A DNA stretch of 64,000 nucleotides from an uncultured delta proteobacterium (GCA_963815115.1 CAWFFN010000005.1:1056001-1120000), one strand, 5' to 3'. Positions 52,174 to 61,284 are shown, counted from the stretch's first letter. Notes: a model not told the origin generated them from the sequence alone. Made by a program: numbers and translations.

Positions 52174-52656
52174 ATGATGCGTGGCATGCGAGGGATGGCG
52201 CTCGTCGGGGCGCTGGTGGGGACCGTGGCGCTCGTCGGATCCGGTTGCAGCCGGGACGAAGCCAAGGGACCGGCCGAGACGCTCGGCAAGAAGGTCGACG
52301 AGGCCGGTCATGCGACCAAGGAAGCGGCGGCGGATGCGGCCAGGGCTACGGGTGACGCTGCTGCGACGGCCGCGGGGGCGGCCAAGGACGCCGCCAAGGC
52401 GACGGCGGACGCGGCAAAGGATGCCGCCGCCGGTGCGGCGAACATCGCCAAGGACGCCGCCGCCACGGCCAAGGACGCTGCCGCCGACGCGGCCGGCGCA
52501 GCCAAGGGTGCTGCGGCGGATGCGAAGGACGCGGCCAGAGCGACCGGCGATGCAGCCCGCGACGCGGCGGCCGGCGCGGCCGACAAGGCTGCCGATGCGG
52601 CGCACGGAGCCGCCAAGACCATGCACGACGCCGCCGACGCGGCGCGGGACAAGTAA
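52174..52656 (+). CDS. Ala/Asp/Lys-rich lipoprotein with LEA-like 11-mer repeats
   Basis: Lipobox GSGC; AKDAA recurring every 11 residues; RBS GGGGGAG. Confidence 0.75.
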   Translation: MMRGMRGMALVGALVGTVALVGSGCSRDEAKGPAETLGKKVDEAGHATKEAAADAARATGDAAATAAGAAKDAAKATADAAKDAAAGAANIAKDAAATAKDAAADAAGAAKGAAADAKDAARATGDAARDAAAGAADKAADAAHGAAKTMHDAADAARDK

Positions 52657-52663
52657 GGCGACG

Positions 52664-53581
52664 TCAGCGAGCGGAGTCCCGTGTCGGACCGGGACTCCGC
52701 GGCGCCTCCTCGCCACGCGGGGTGAAGCCGCGCGCCCGTTCCTCGGCGGCTGCGAGGTTGCCGAGGCCGACGGTGGAACCTGCCGATCCGAGGAGCACCT
52801 CGAGCGGGTCGCGCAGGTCGTCGACGTAGCCGAGAGCGTACGCGCCGCGGGCGTACCCCATCAGCCTGAGTAGCGGCTCCGGCAGCGTCCGCGCGATCTC
52901 GACGGGCACCGAGAGGTACTGGTTCTCCTCCTGGCGCAGCCAGCTCACCGCATAGGTGATGTTGAGACCGAATCGGGTGCCGTCGCTGCGATTGGCGCCG
53001 GCGCCGTGATAGAGCGAGCCGGTGTAGAACAGCACCGATCCCGCCGGCATCTCGGCCGGCACGGTGTCGTGCTCCCGGAACTCGCGCCGGTCCTCGAGGC
53101 GGTGGCTTCCCGGAACGAGGCGCGTGGCACCGTTCGCCTCGGTGAAATCCGTCATCGCCCAGATGGTGTTGCACTGCACCTCGTACCCCGAGGGGAAGGG
53201 GAAGAAGTCGAAGGCCCACTGGTCGCGGTGGACGAGCTGAGCGGGCTCGCCCGGGCCGATGGCGATCACCTGGGTCAGGTGAAGCTGGAAGCTGGTCGCA
53301 TGCGCCAGCAGGCCGCCCACCGCGTCGATCACGAGGGGATGCATGACGATGTCGCGGCAGGTGGCCGAGCGCGCCACGAGCCCGCCGGTGCGCCGGGTCC
53401 GGCGCCCGGCGAAGTCGTCGGGTCCCACGGGGGTGGCGTCGAGGTAGGATTTCAGCTCGGCACGAGCCTGATCGAGGAGCGCCGGGGGCACGACGCTTTC
53501 CACGATGGCGCAGCCCTGCTGGGCGAGCGCGTCCGCGACATCGCGACCGGCGGCAGCTGCCGAGAGGCGGGGAATCGACAT
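52664..53581 (-). CDS. Phytanoyl-CoA dioxygenase family (2OG-Fe(II)) protein
   Basis: Q..HRD (HxD), DFT..NGAT...PGSH, M.AGS, HG.GAN, LRQEEN. Confidence 0.9.
   Translation of the reverse strand: MSIPRLSAAAAGRDVADALAQQGCAIVESVVPPALLDQARAELKSYLDATPVGPDDFAGRRTRRTGGLVARSATCRDIVMHPLVIDAVGGLLAHATSFQLHLTQVIAIGPGEPAQLVHRDQWAFDFFPFPSGYEVQCNTIWAMTDFTEANGATRLVPGSHRLEDRREFREHDTVPAEMPAGSVLFYTGSLYHGAGANRSDGTRFGLNITYAVSWLRQEENQYLSVPVEIARTLPEPLLRLMGYARGAYALGYVDDLRDPLEVLLGSAGSTVGLGNLAAAEERARGFTPRGEEAPRSPGPTRDSAR
52671..52700. terminator. Hairpin at the junction of convergent genes
   Basis: GCGGAGTCCC-N10-GGGACTCCGC. Confidence 0.45.
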
Positions 53582-53783
53582 GCGGCCGGGCTACTGCGCC
53601 CGGGTGGCGTGCGTCAAGACGCCGCGCTCGCGCAGGGCGCTCGATTGCTCGAGGAGCGCCGCGATCTTGCAATCCCCGTCGGCCTGGGTGATGGTCGAGA
53701 GTCGTCGACGCATGAGATTCCTTTCCGCCTTGAGGAGAAATCCGCGAGACGCGGACCGTGCGCCCGCAGCCGCTTCGCCCTCG

Positions 53784-54851
53784 ATGGCGGCGGATCTGCG
53801 CGAGGAGGTCCTGGAGCACGGGCTCGATGCCGCCCGGGCGCTCGCCCTGGGCGATGCGCTCGAGGCCGAGGGTCACCTCCTCGATGCGCTCGAGGTGCTC
53901 GTGCAGGCAAACCGCCTGCGGCCCGACGACGCGGTCGAGCAGCGCCTCGTGCGCCTGCGGGGCGCGGCGTTTGGACAACTCGACCACTCGCTCTCGCCGC
54001 GGGCGTGGCCTCCGGTCGTACCCGAGGATACCGCGGGCGGTCCGGAAGGACCGCCGGTCGTGACGCCCGCCGGGCTCACCCCTGGGCTGCTGCTGAACGG
54101 CATCCTCCGACACGGGTCGGTCTGGGTGCGGGGCCTCGTGCCGCGCGCACGGGTGGCGCGGTTGCGCAGCGCCATCGACCGGTCCTTCGAGGCCTACGAC
54201 GCCACCGACGCCGGCCGGGCGACGGCGGGGATGGCACGCTGGCACTCCCCGCTGGACGGCATCCAGAACCCGGCCATCGCGCGCGCCTGGAGGCGACAAG
54301 GGAACGGCGTCCTCACCGCCGATTCGCCGCGCGCGTTCTTCGAGTTCATGGAGACGGTACACGAGCTCGGTCTCGATCGCCTGATCGCCGCCTATCTGGG
54401 AGAGCGTCCCGTGCTGTCGGCGGAGAAGTGCACGCTGTTCCGTGTCGATGCGCGCGACTGGCGTGTCCGCCTGGCGAACTGGCACCAGGATGGTGCCTTC
54501 CTCGGAGGCGGCATCCGCACGGTCAACGTGTGGTTCGCGCTGTCGCGCTGCGGTCGCGATGCGCCGGGCATGGAAGTGATCCCGCTCCGCCTCGATCGTG
54601 TGCTGCCGGTCGGGGAGGGTGCCAGCCACTACGGGTGGACGGTCTCGCCCGAGACGGTCGCTCGCGAGCTGCCAGGCGTGCCGATCTGGCGGCCCGAGTT
54701 CGAGGAGGGCGACGTGCTCCTCTTCGATCACCTCACCTTGCATCGCACCGCGGCCGACGAGGGGATGCCGAACGTCCGCTACGCGATCGAGAGCTGGTTC
54801 TTCGCTCCCTCGGTCTATCCCCACGAGCTGTCGACTCCCCTCGTCGTGTGA
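53784..54851 (+). CDS. 2OG-Fe(II) oxygenase (PhyH-like) with an N-terminal helical extension; start uncertain (53712 possible)
   Basis: WHQDG, NVW.AL, GD.L.FD....H.T, R..IESW. Confidence 0.75.
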   Translation: MAADLREEVLEHGLDAARALALGDALEAEGHLLDALEVLVQANRLRPDDAVEQRLVRLRGAAFGQLDHSLSPRAWPPVVPEDTAGGPEGPPVVTPAGLTPGLLLNGILRHGSVWVRGLVPRARVARLRSAIDRSFEAYDATDAGRATAGMARWHSPLDGIQNPAIARAWRRQGNGVLTADSPRAFFEFMETVHELGLDRLIAAYLGERPVLSAEKCTLFRVDARDWRVRLANWHQDGAFLGGGIRTVNVWFALSRCGRDAPGMEVIPLRLDRVLPVGEGASHYGWTVSPETVARELPGVPIWRPEFEEGDVLLFDHLTLHRTAADEGMPNVRYAIESWFFAPSVYPHELSTPLVV

Positions 54852-54908
54852 GTCAGGGGTCCGCAGGCATACTTGACCTCCTGGCGCGCGTCGGGCATCT
54901 GGTCCTCC

Positions 54909-55001
54909 GTGACGTCGTCGTTCGGAGCGCGCTGTCGCTGTACCGAGGCCCGGGGGGCCCTCCGCGCTCGCGGTCGCGTCGCGTTGTCCTTCGCCGAGTA
55001 G
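54909..55001 (+). promoter_or_regulatory. Putative leader peptide uORF (30 aa)
   Basis: GTG 54909 to TAG 55001, just after a TTGACC-N17-CATCTG promoter-like motif and 23 nt before a terminator. Confidence 0.45.
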
Positions 55002-55024
55002 CTCGAGCGAACTCCGTCGTGATC

Positions 55025-55064
55025 CGAAGGCCCGGGAGGCACCCGCCCCCGGGCCTTCGTTTTT
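55025..55064 (+). terminator. Intrinsic terminator (probable attenuator) upstream of CDS 55107
   Basis: CGAAGGCCCGGG-N11-CCCGGGCCTTCG followed by TTTTT. Confidence 0.75.
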
Positions 55065-55106
55065 CCTGTCGGCACGACGTGACGAGTATTCACGGAGGGA
55101 CCCACG

Positions 55107-55499
55107 ATGAGACATGGGCAGCAAGATCCGGCCGTGGCCGGTCCGCTCGATCGGCTGTTCTCGCGCGGCGAGCGGCTCTTGATGCTGGCGGCGCTCGAGG
55201 ACGGCATCCGGACCATCCTCACGGCGACACGCCGGCCGGTCCCGCAGAAGAGGCTCGAGGCGGAGCTCGATTGGCTGACGAGCGACGATCCCCGCCCGCT
55301 GTTCGGCTTCGTGAGCCTGTGCGATTTCCTCGGGATCGACGCCGCCTACCTGCGCGAGCGCGTCCTGGCTTCGCGCTCGCTTCCGCATCGATCTGCCTCG
55401 ACCGCGCACCGTCGAGGACCCGGCGCTGGTCGACCGCATCCGCGGCGTGGTGCGCACGATCCGGCGCGGGACGCAGGAGGAATCCACGCCTTGAGTTGA
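55107..55499 (+). CDS. Conserved-looking hypothetical protein
   Basis: RBS GGAGG; motif GER.LM.A.LED...W..S.D....F.F..LC..LG.D..YLR. Confidence 0.7.
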   Translation: MRHGQQDPAVAGPLDRLFSRGERLLMLAALEDGIRTILTATRRPVPQKRLEAELDWLTSDDPRPLFGFVSLCDFLGIDAAYLRERVLASRSLPHRSASTAHRRGPGAGRPHPRRGAHDPARDAGGIHALS

Positions 55500-55526
55500 C
55501 AAACCAGGCGGCGGGCGTAGGCGGGG

Positions 55527-56771
55527 ATGGTGACCGAACGCACGGGCGACGGCATCGATCGGCGTGAGTTCCTGCGTCGCGGCGCCTTGCTCGGACTCGG
55601 TGCAGGGCTCGCCCCGAACGCCGTGCTGGCGGTCAGCAACGCCGAATCGCCCGGCCCGCCGCAGATCCAGGCGCATCGTACGCTCGGGCGAACGGGCCTC
55701 GAGGTGTCGGACATCGCCTTCGGGTCGAGCCGTCTCGGCGAGAACGACGACGACCTCGTCCGGCACGCCTTCGACGCCGGCGTGAACTACTTCGACACCG
55801 CCGAGACCTACAACGGCGGCGCGTCCGAGACCGCCATCGGCAAGGCGCTCCAGGGCGTGCGCGATCGCTGCCTCCTCGCCTCGAAGGTGGAAGCCTCGGC
55901 GTCGGGCCGGCGGTCGGACTTCATGCAGTCGCTCGAGGGCAGCTTGCGGCGGCTCCGCACCGACCACGTCGACGTGTACTTCAATCATGCGGTGAACGAC
56001 GTGGCGCGCATGAAGAACCCGGAGTGGCGCGCCTTCGTCGCGGAAGCGAAGCAGCAGGGCAAGATGCGCTTCGCCGGCATGTCCGGCCATGCCGGACGAC
56101 TCATCGAGTGCCTCGACTACGCCCTCGATCACGATCTGGTCGACGTGGTGCTCGTGGCCTACAACTTCGGCCAGGACCCCGCCTTCTACCAGCGCCTGCT
56201 GCGGGATTTCGACACCATCTCGCTGCAGCCCGAGCTGCCGCGGGTGATCCGCAAGGCCAAGGACAAGGGCGTGGGCGTTCTCACCATGAAGACGTTGATG
56301 GGCGCGCGCCTGAACGACATGCGTCCCTACGAGACGGGCGGGAAGACGTTCGCGCAGGCGGCGTTCCGCTGGGTGCTGTCCAATCCCGCCGTGAGCGGGG
56401 TCGTCATCTCGATGACCAGCCGCGAGCGCATCGACGAGTACCTGGGCGCGTCGGGAGCGTCGGCGCTGCGTGCCGGCGACCTCGTGCTCCTCGCCCGCTA
56501 CCTGGGCATCCAGGGCGACGCCTACTGCCGCCACGGCTGCGCCGCGTGCGAGGATGCCTGCCCCAGCGGGGTCCCGATCGCGGAGGTGCTGCGCACCCGC
56601 ATGTACGCGCGCGACTACGAGGACCTGGCGCTGGCGCGCCGGGAATACGCGCGTCTCGGCGACGGCGCGCGCGCGTGCCTCACGTGCAGCGCGCGGGCGT
56701 GCGCGGGCGCGTGCCCGCATGGGCTCGCCCCGGATGTGCTGGTTCCCGAGGCGCACCCGATGCTCGCGTGA
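55527..56771 (+). CDS. Tat-exported aldo/keto reductase with a C-terminal 4Fe-4S dicluster domain
   Basis: Tat motif DRREFL, RTLG.TGL.VS, GVNYFDTAETY, SL.RL.TD..D, CRHGC..C...CP and C..C....C...CP. Confidence 0.9.
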   Translation: MVTERTGDGIDRREFLRRGALLGLGAGLAPNAVLAVSNAESPGPPQIQAHRTLGRTGLEVSDIAFGSSRLGENDDDLVRHAFDAGVNYFDTAETYNGGASETAIGKALQGVRDRCLLASKVEASASGRRSDFMQSLEGSLRRLRTDHVDVYFNHAVNDVARMKNPEWRAFVAEAKQQGKMRFAGMSGHAGRLIECLDYALDHDLVDVVLVAYNFGQDPAFYQRLLRDFDTISLQPELPRVIRKAKDKGVGVLTMKTLMGARLNDMRPYETGGKTFAQAAFRWVLSNPAVSGVVISMTSRERIDEYLGASGASALRAGDLVLLARYLGIQGDAYCRHGCAACEDACPSGVPIAEVLRTRMYARDYEDLALARREYARLGDGARACLTCSARACAGACPHGLAPDVLVPEAHPMLA

Positions 56772-56885
56772 GCGGGGCCCCGGGCCGCGACATGCCAAGG
56801 GCGGGCCATTCGCGCGGCGGGCCGCTCGACATGCCCCTGCGTGCAAAGTGTCGCAACGGCGATGAGGATGCGGTATCAGTGTCGC

Positions 56886-57473
56886 ATGGCCGACGACCGC
56901 CCTGCCGCAACGTCCTTCACCCGCATGACGGACGCGACGCAGGAGGACTACGCGGTGATCGCCCGGCACTCGCTCGGCTTCATGCAAGGACTGCCCGACC
57001 GTGTCCTCCGTCACCTGTCCCTGCTCGCCGGTGACACGGGTGGATACGCGGTCGACCGGCTGACGCACTGCCTGCAGACCGCCACGCGGGCGCACCACGA
57101 CGGGCGCGACGAGGAGTACGTGACGTGCGCGCTCCTGCACGACATCGGCGACACCCTCGCCAGCATGAACCACTCCGAGCTCGCCGCGGTGATCCTCGAG
57201 CCGTTCGTATCCGAGGAGAACCACTGGATCGTCAAGCATCACGGAATCTTCCAGGGGTACTACTTCTTCCATCACGTCGGGCTCGACCGGAACATGCGCG
57301 ATCGCTACCGCGATCACCCTCACTGGCGCGCGTGCGCGCACTTCTGCGCGGCGTACGACCAGAACAGCTTCGATCCTGCCTACGCCACGCTGCCGCTCGA
57401 ATTCTTCGAGCCCATGGTTCGCCAGGTGTTCAGCGCGCCGAAGCGCTCGATCTACATACCCGACGAAGGGTAG
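56886..57473 (+). CDS. HD-domain metalloprotein
   Basis: HCLQTATRA, LLHDIGD, NH, HHG.FQ, YDQ.SFD. Confidence 0.85.
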   Translation: MADDRPAATSFTRMTDATQEDYAVIARHSLGFMQGLPDRVLRHLSLLAGDTGGYAVDRLTHCLQTATRAHHDGRDEEYVTCALLHDIGDTLASMNHSELAAVILEPFVSEENHWIVKHHGIFQGYYFFHHVGLDRNMRDRYRDHPHWRACAHFCAAYDQNSFDPAYATLPLEFFEPMVRQVFSAPKRSIYIPDEG

Positions 57474-57595
57474 GGCGGTCGGCTGGTCGCCGCCGCGCCG
57501 CCAGATCGACTGCGCGTCTGCCCACCGGTGCTCCGGCAGGATGACGGTGCCGACCCGCAGGCTCGACCCGCCTCCCCGCTTGGTCCAGGCGCGAT

Positions 57596-58471
57596 CTATT
57601 GCTCGTCGCGGTAGGCGGTGAGAGCGCGCATCGGACCGATGTGGACCACCTGCGGTCGCCCGCTGGCGACGTCGAGGCGGCGCTCGGCCGGCGCGTAGCC
57701 CGCGGCGCGCACCGTGATGGAGTGCATTCCTGCCGGAAGCGCGAGCCAGCGATCGTCCAGACCGCGACCATCGACCCAGGGATGCTGGTCGAGGTCGACC
57801 GTGGCGCCGTCGGGGACCTCGCGGAGCTGCACCAGACCATAGGTGGAACCGTAGTCATCGGGAGGTGGCGCCTCGGCTTCGGGGGCCGTGTCGTCCTGCG
57901 GCGCCTCGCCTTCAGGAGGCGGGGCATACTGCGATGGCGCAGCGGCATTCGCATCCGGGGAAGTGTCCGGATCACCCCCGTAGTAGCCGGGAGGAGGATA
58001 GGAGGGGTACGAGGGATCCGAATCCGTCGGATATGCGCCGGGAGCGTACGCGGGCGGGTAGGCGTAGCCGTAGTAGGGGTACGCATAGGGACTGTAGGCG
58101 AAGCCGCCGCCGATGACGACGCCGGGGCCCCGCCTCACCCAAACGGGATGGCCGCCCCAGCCGCCGCCCCATCGTGGGCCCGACCAGCCTGGTCCGTGAC
58201 CCCCGCTCCATCCAGGTCGCGGTCCTCCGGGGGATCGTCCTCCCGGCCCCCGTGCGCCGGGCCCCGGATGCCGTCCACCTCCGTCGAAATGGCCGCCGCC
58301 AGGTCCGCGGCCGGCACCTGGACCTGGTCCGCCACCGTGTCCACCGCCGCCCGGTCCGCCTCCTCCACCGTGACCGCCGCCGTGCGGGCCTCCGAGCGCA
58401 GTGCCGGCGACCGCGAGTGAGAGGGAGAGAGCGCCAGCAGCGATCGACGCGAGACGCGAAGCTGGTTTCAT
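57596..58471 (-). CDS. Secreted Gly-rich/Tyr-Pro-rich protein with a C-terminal PEGA-like domain
   Basis: Signal peptide, low-complexity G/H/P and Y/P tracts, P..A.V..D, L..G.H.I.V...GY. Confidence 0.7.
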   Translation of the reverse strand: MKPASRLASIAAGALSLSLAVAGTALGGPHGGGHGGGGGPGGGGHGGGPGPGAGRGPGGGHFDGGGRHPGPGARGPGGRSPGGPRPGWSGGHGPGWSGPRWGGGWGGHPVWVRRGPGVVIGGGFAYSPYAYPYYGYAYPPAYAPGAYPTDSDPSYPSYPPPGYYGGDPDTSPDANAAAPSQYAPPPEGEAPQDDTAPEAEAPPPDDYGSTYGLVQLREVPDGATVDLDQHPWVDGRGLDDRWLALPAGMHSITVRAAGYAPAERRLDVASGRPQVVHIGPMRALTAYRDEQ

Positions 58472-58652
58472 GGCCACGTGCGTCGTCGAACACCCGTGGA
58501 CCGTCGCGGTTACTACGGGATGTCGGCCGCGCTCGCCGTCGCCCGGCGTAGCACATGCGAGGCGCGCGGCGGCCCACCGAGACCAGCCAGCGTCAGGTCG
58601 GGCGCGGAGGTCTCGTGGGGACGGTCCAGCGCCCGCTCGCGGAGACGCCGAC

Positions 58653-59501
58653 TCAGGCGCGAAGCTGCTCGACCAGCGGGGCATGCCGGTCGAGCAAGGC
58701 GAGCACGTCGTCGCGCCCGACCGACGGCACCGGCAGGATGCCGCGCGCGAAGCCGAGGTCGCGCATGGAACGGAGCGCATCCGCATCGCCCGGCGCCCAG
58801 AACAGCGACAGCTCGATGGAGCGCGGGTCGCGTCCCCTGGCGGCCGCCTGCTCGTGGAGCGTGCGGATGGCGCCGGGCAGGTCGGGAAGGGCGAATCCGA
58901 TCGGCACCCACCCATCGCAGTAGTCGACGACGCGCCTCAGGCTCTTGCGCGACGCGCTCCCCAGGATGATCGGTGGATGCGGCTTCTGGAGAGGTTTGGG
59001 GTACTGCCAGATGGGATCGAAGTTCACGAAGGCGCCGTGATACTCCGCCGCCTCCTCGGTCCAGATGCGCTTCATCGCCTCGACGCGTTCGCGCAGCACC
59101 GTCCAGCGACGCCCGAAGGCCGTGCCGTGGTTGCCCATCTCCTCGACGTTCCAGCCCGCTCCGATGCCGAAGAGCACGCGGCCGTTCGACAGCTGGTCGA
59201 GCGACGAGACCTCCTTGGCGGTGGTGATGGGGTCGCGCTCGATGATCAGACAGATGCCGGTCGCGAGCTTGATCGTCCTGGTCACGGCGGCCGCCGCCAT
59301 CAACGCCAGGAAGGGATCGTGGGTGTGCCAGTATTCCTTGGGCAGATCGCCGCCAGCGGGGTAGGGTGTCTTGCGGCTGGCCGGGATGTGGGTGTGCTCG
59401 GGGAACCACACCGATTCGAACCCGCGCTCCTCGCAGGCGCGCGCGAAGTCGTCGGGGCGGATGGTGTAGTCGGTCGGAAAGATGGCGACACCGAGCTTCA
59501 T
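58653..59501 (-). CDS. LLM class (probably F420-dependent) oxidoreductase
   Basis: GFESVW.PEHTHIP, DP..L...AA.T..I.L.TG, AK...LD.LS.GR...GIG.GW..EE, P.P.Q.P.PPI. Confidence 0.9.
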   Translation of the reverse strand: MKLGVAIFPTDYTIRPDDFARACEERGFESVWFPEHTHIPASRKTPYPAGGDLPKEYWHTHDPFLALMAAAAVTRTIKLATGICLIIERDPITTAKEVSSLDQLSNGRVLFGIGAGWNVEEMGNHGTAFGRRWTVLRERVEAMKRIWTEEAAEYHGAFVNFDPIWQYPKPLQKPHPPIILGSASRKSLRRVVDYCDGWVPIGFALPDLPGAIRTLHEQAAARGRDPRSIELSLFWAPGDADALRSMRDLGFARGILPVPSVGRDDVLALLDRHAPLVEQLRA

Positions 59502-59588
59502 GGACCACAGCCGTAGCGCGCCCGGCGAGGCGTCGCCAGATGCCGGCATGCTTCGATCGTTCGGACGACCGGAGCTCGGGCCCCGACG

Positions 59589-60263
59589 TCAGGACGTCTG
59601 CGGATGCTTCGCCTGGCGGCGATATTGTGGCGGCACCTCCTGCCAGAGATTGGTCAGGTGCACCACGCCCGCGTCGTCGGTCCAGCGAAAGAGCCGGCCA
59701 GGGTTCGGACGCGCCGGCGAAGTGCTGGTATCGCCGGGGTCCGCCTGTGGGGGGGGCGCCGCCGGGGGGTTGGGAATCCAGACCCACGTATAGGGCGTAC
59801 CGATCCCGTCCCCGCGGCGCTCGTAGCGCCCCGTCGAGAACTCGACGACGTCCGGCATCGGCGGCGCCGCCGGCGGCGCGGGCGGAATCGCCCGGACCTG
59901 CGGCGGCGCGTAGGCCGGCGCGACGTCGTACGTTGCCTGCGAGGGATAGTACGACGGCGCGTCGTACGGGCCCGGGTACGGAGATGGGTAGCCATAGTAC
60001 GGTGACGGATAGCCGTAGTACGGCGACCAGGCCCCGTAGATCCCGATCGGAAGCGGCACGAGGAACGCGCCGAAGGCTCGCGAGCGGAAGAACGGCCGCC
60101 GTGTGAAGGGAGCCCGCATGAAGCTCCTGGGGAACGCGCGGCCTCCCGCGAAGACGTGTCCTCGCGGGCCGCCGAACCGCATCGGAAAGGCCCCGGCCGG
60201 CGCCGGCAGGCCGGTCGCGAGGAGGGTAAGGAAGACGCCCAGTGCCTGCGCGAGCCTCCTCAT
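59589..60263 (-). CDS. Secreted Tyr/Pro-rich protein with a C-terminal DUF4124-like motif
   Basis: Signal peptide; FRWTDDAGVVH.T....P..Y. Confidence 0.65.
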   Translation of the reverse strand: MRRLAQALGVFLTLLATGLPAPAGAFPMRFGGPRGHVFAGGRAFPRSFMRAPFTRRPFFRSRAFGAFLVPLPIGIYGAWSPYYGYPSPYYGYPSPYPGPYDAPSYYPSQATYDVAPAYAPPQVRAIPPAPPAAPPMPDVVEFSTGRYERRGDGIGTPYTWVWIPNPPAAPPPQADPGDTSTSPARPNPGRLFRWTDDAGVVHLTNLWQEVPPQYRRQAKHPQTS

Positions 60264-60484
60264 CGGGACGCTTTCTTCCCCGAGAGTAGACCACCCCTGG
60301 AGACCGGTCCAGGGTCAGCGGTGGGTGCTGCTTCCCGCCAGCGGACGCGGGGGTACGCGCGGGTCCACCTCATCGGCCGCACGCCGCGGGCGATACCCTG
60401 CGAGTGCCGACCGAGAACGACAGCGTGGTGGCGCCGACGCCAGGCTGTCCCGGGTGCGGGGAGCCGGCGCCAACGGTCGCGTCG

Positions 60485-60519
60485 CGGGGGCCACGCGGGA
60501 GGTTCCCGCGTGGCCCCCG
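60485..60519. terminator. 16-bp perfect hairpin downstream of CDS 60552-60905
   Basis: CGGGGGCCACGCGGGA-GGT-TCCCGCGTGGCCCCCG. Confidence 0.55.
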
Positions 60520-60551
60520 AACTGCCAATCAGATCGCGACTACGCTGCGGT

Positions 60552-60905
60552 TCAGCCGCCGCGGCGCCGAGTCACTGGCGGCGGCGGAGGCGGAGGCGGC
60601 GGAGGCGGAGGCGGTGGTGCGACCTCTTCCTCCGGGCAGACGAAGTAACCGACCAGCAGCCCGACGAGGCCGCCCGCCACGGCACCGGCTGCAGCACCGG
60701 CGGCGATGTGCCCGTTCGGAACGTCAGGGTTGTTGTCGCGGTTGATGTTCTTCACACCGACGCCGCCGCCGATGGCGCCCGGTATGGCGCCAGCAAGGGT
60801 CGTCACGGCCATGCAAGCTGGCCTGTTCTCCTGCAGGGTCGCGCACCCGCTCAGCGCGACCAAGGCGAGCAACCCTCCTGCCGTCATTCTCACCAGTCGT
60901 CTCAT
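60552..60905 (-). CDS. Small glycine-zipper lipoprotein with a poly-Pro tail
   Basis: Lipobox LSGC, GxxxG-type helices, paired Cys, poly-Pro, ends VTRRRGG; RBS GGAGAG. Confidence 0.75.
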   Translation of the reverse strand: MRRLVRMTAGGLLALVALSGCATLQENRPACMAVTTLAGAIPGAIGGGVGVKNINRDNNPDVPNGHIAAGAAAGAVAGGLVGLLVGYFVCPEEEVAPPPPPPPPPPPPPPVTRRRGG

Positions 60906-61284
60906 GATGCTCTCCCCTCTCGCGGTTGGTGAAAGCCCTCTGCCATCGACCAAGTCAGATAGCAAGGGCGGGGTGACAATCAAGCTCTTCTACGACCCGC
61001 TCCTCAAGAGTCACACACCAGAAACGTCGGATTCTGGGGGGTCTGTCAACCACAGAAGTGGACATTTTTGTGCCGGTCGTCTGCTCGTGAGGCACGTCCG
61101 GGGCGGCGATTCCAGTCTCGCATCGATGGTGATGGCCCACCGTGCCGGCGGCGGCCCGACCCTGCAACGGCCACCAGCCGGGCCAGGCCCCGCCGCTGAC
61201 GGCCGAGAGGCGGGTTCCGCGGCACCTCTAGCCCGCTAGCGGGGGCTGCTAGGGAGGTCCCGGATCACCAAGCAACCCGAGCCG

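Noticed and set aside
52308-57341. 1677-aa minus-strand ORF, and other very long ORFs such as 5045-8215, 20118-23003, 32592-35390, 37422-40307 and 392-3283
   Set aside because: These are antisense or shadow frames of well-supported genes. Stop codons are scarce in GC-rich DNA and the translations are Arg/Ala/Gly-rich with no motifs.
60577-60619. (GGCGGA/GGC)n simple repeat as a contingency locus
   Set aside because: It encodes an in-frame poly-Pro linker, and unit lengths are multiples of three.
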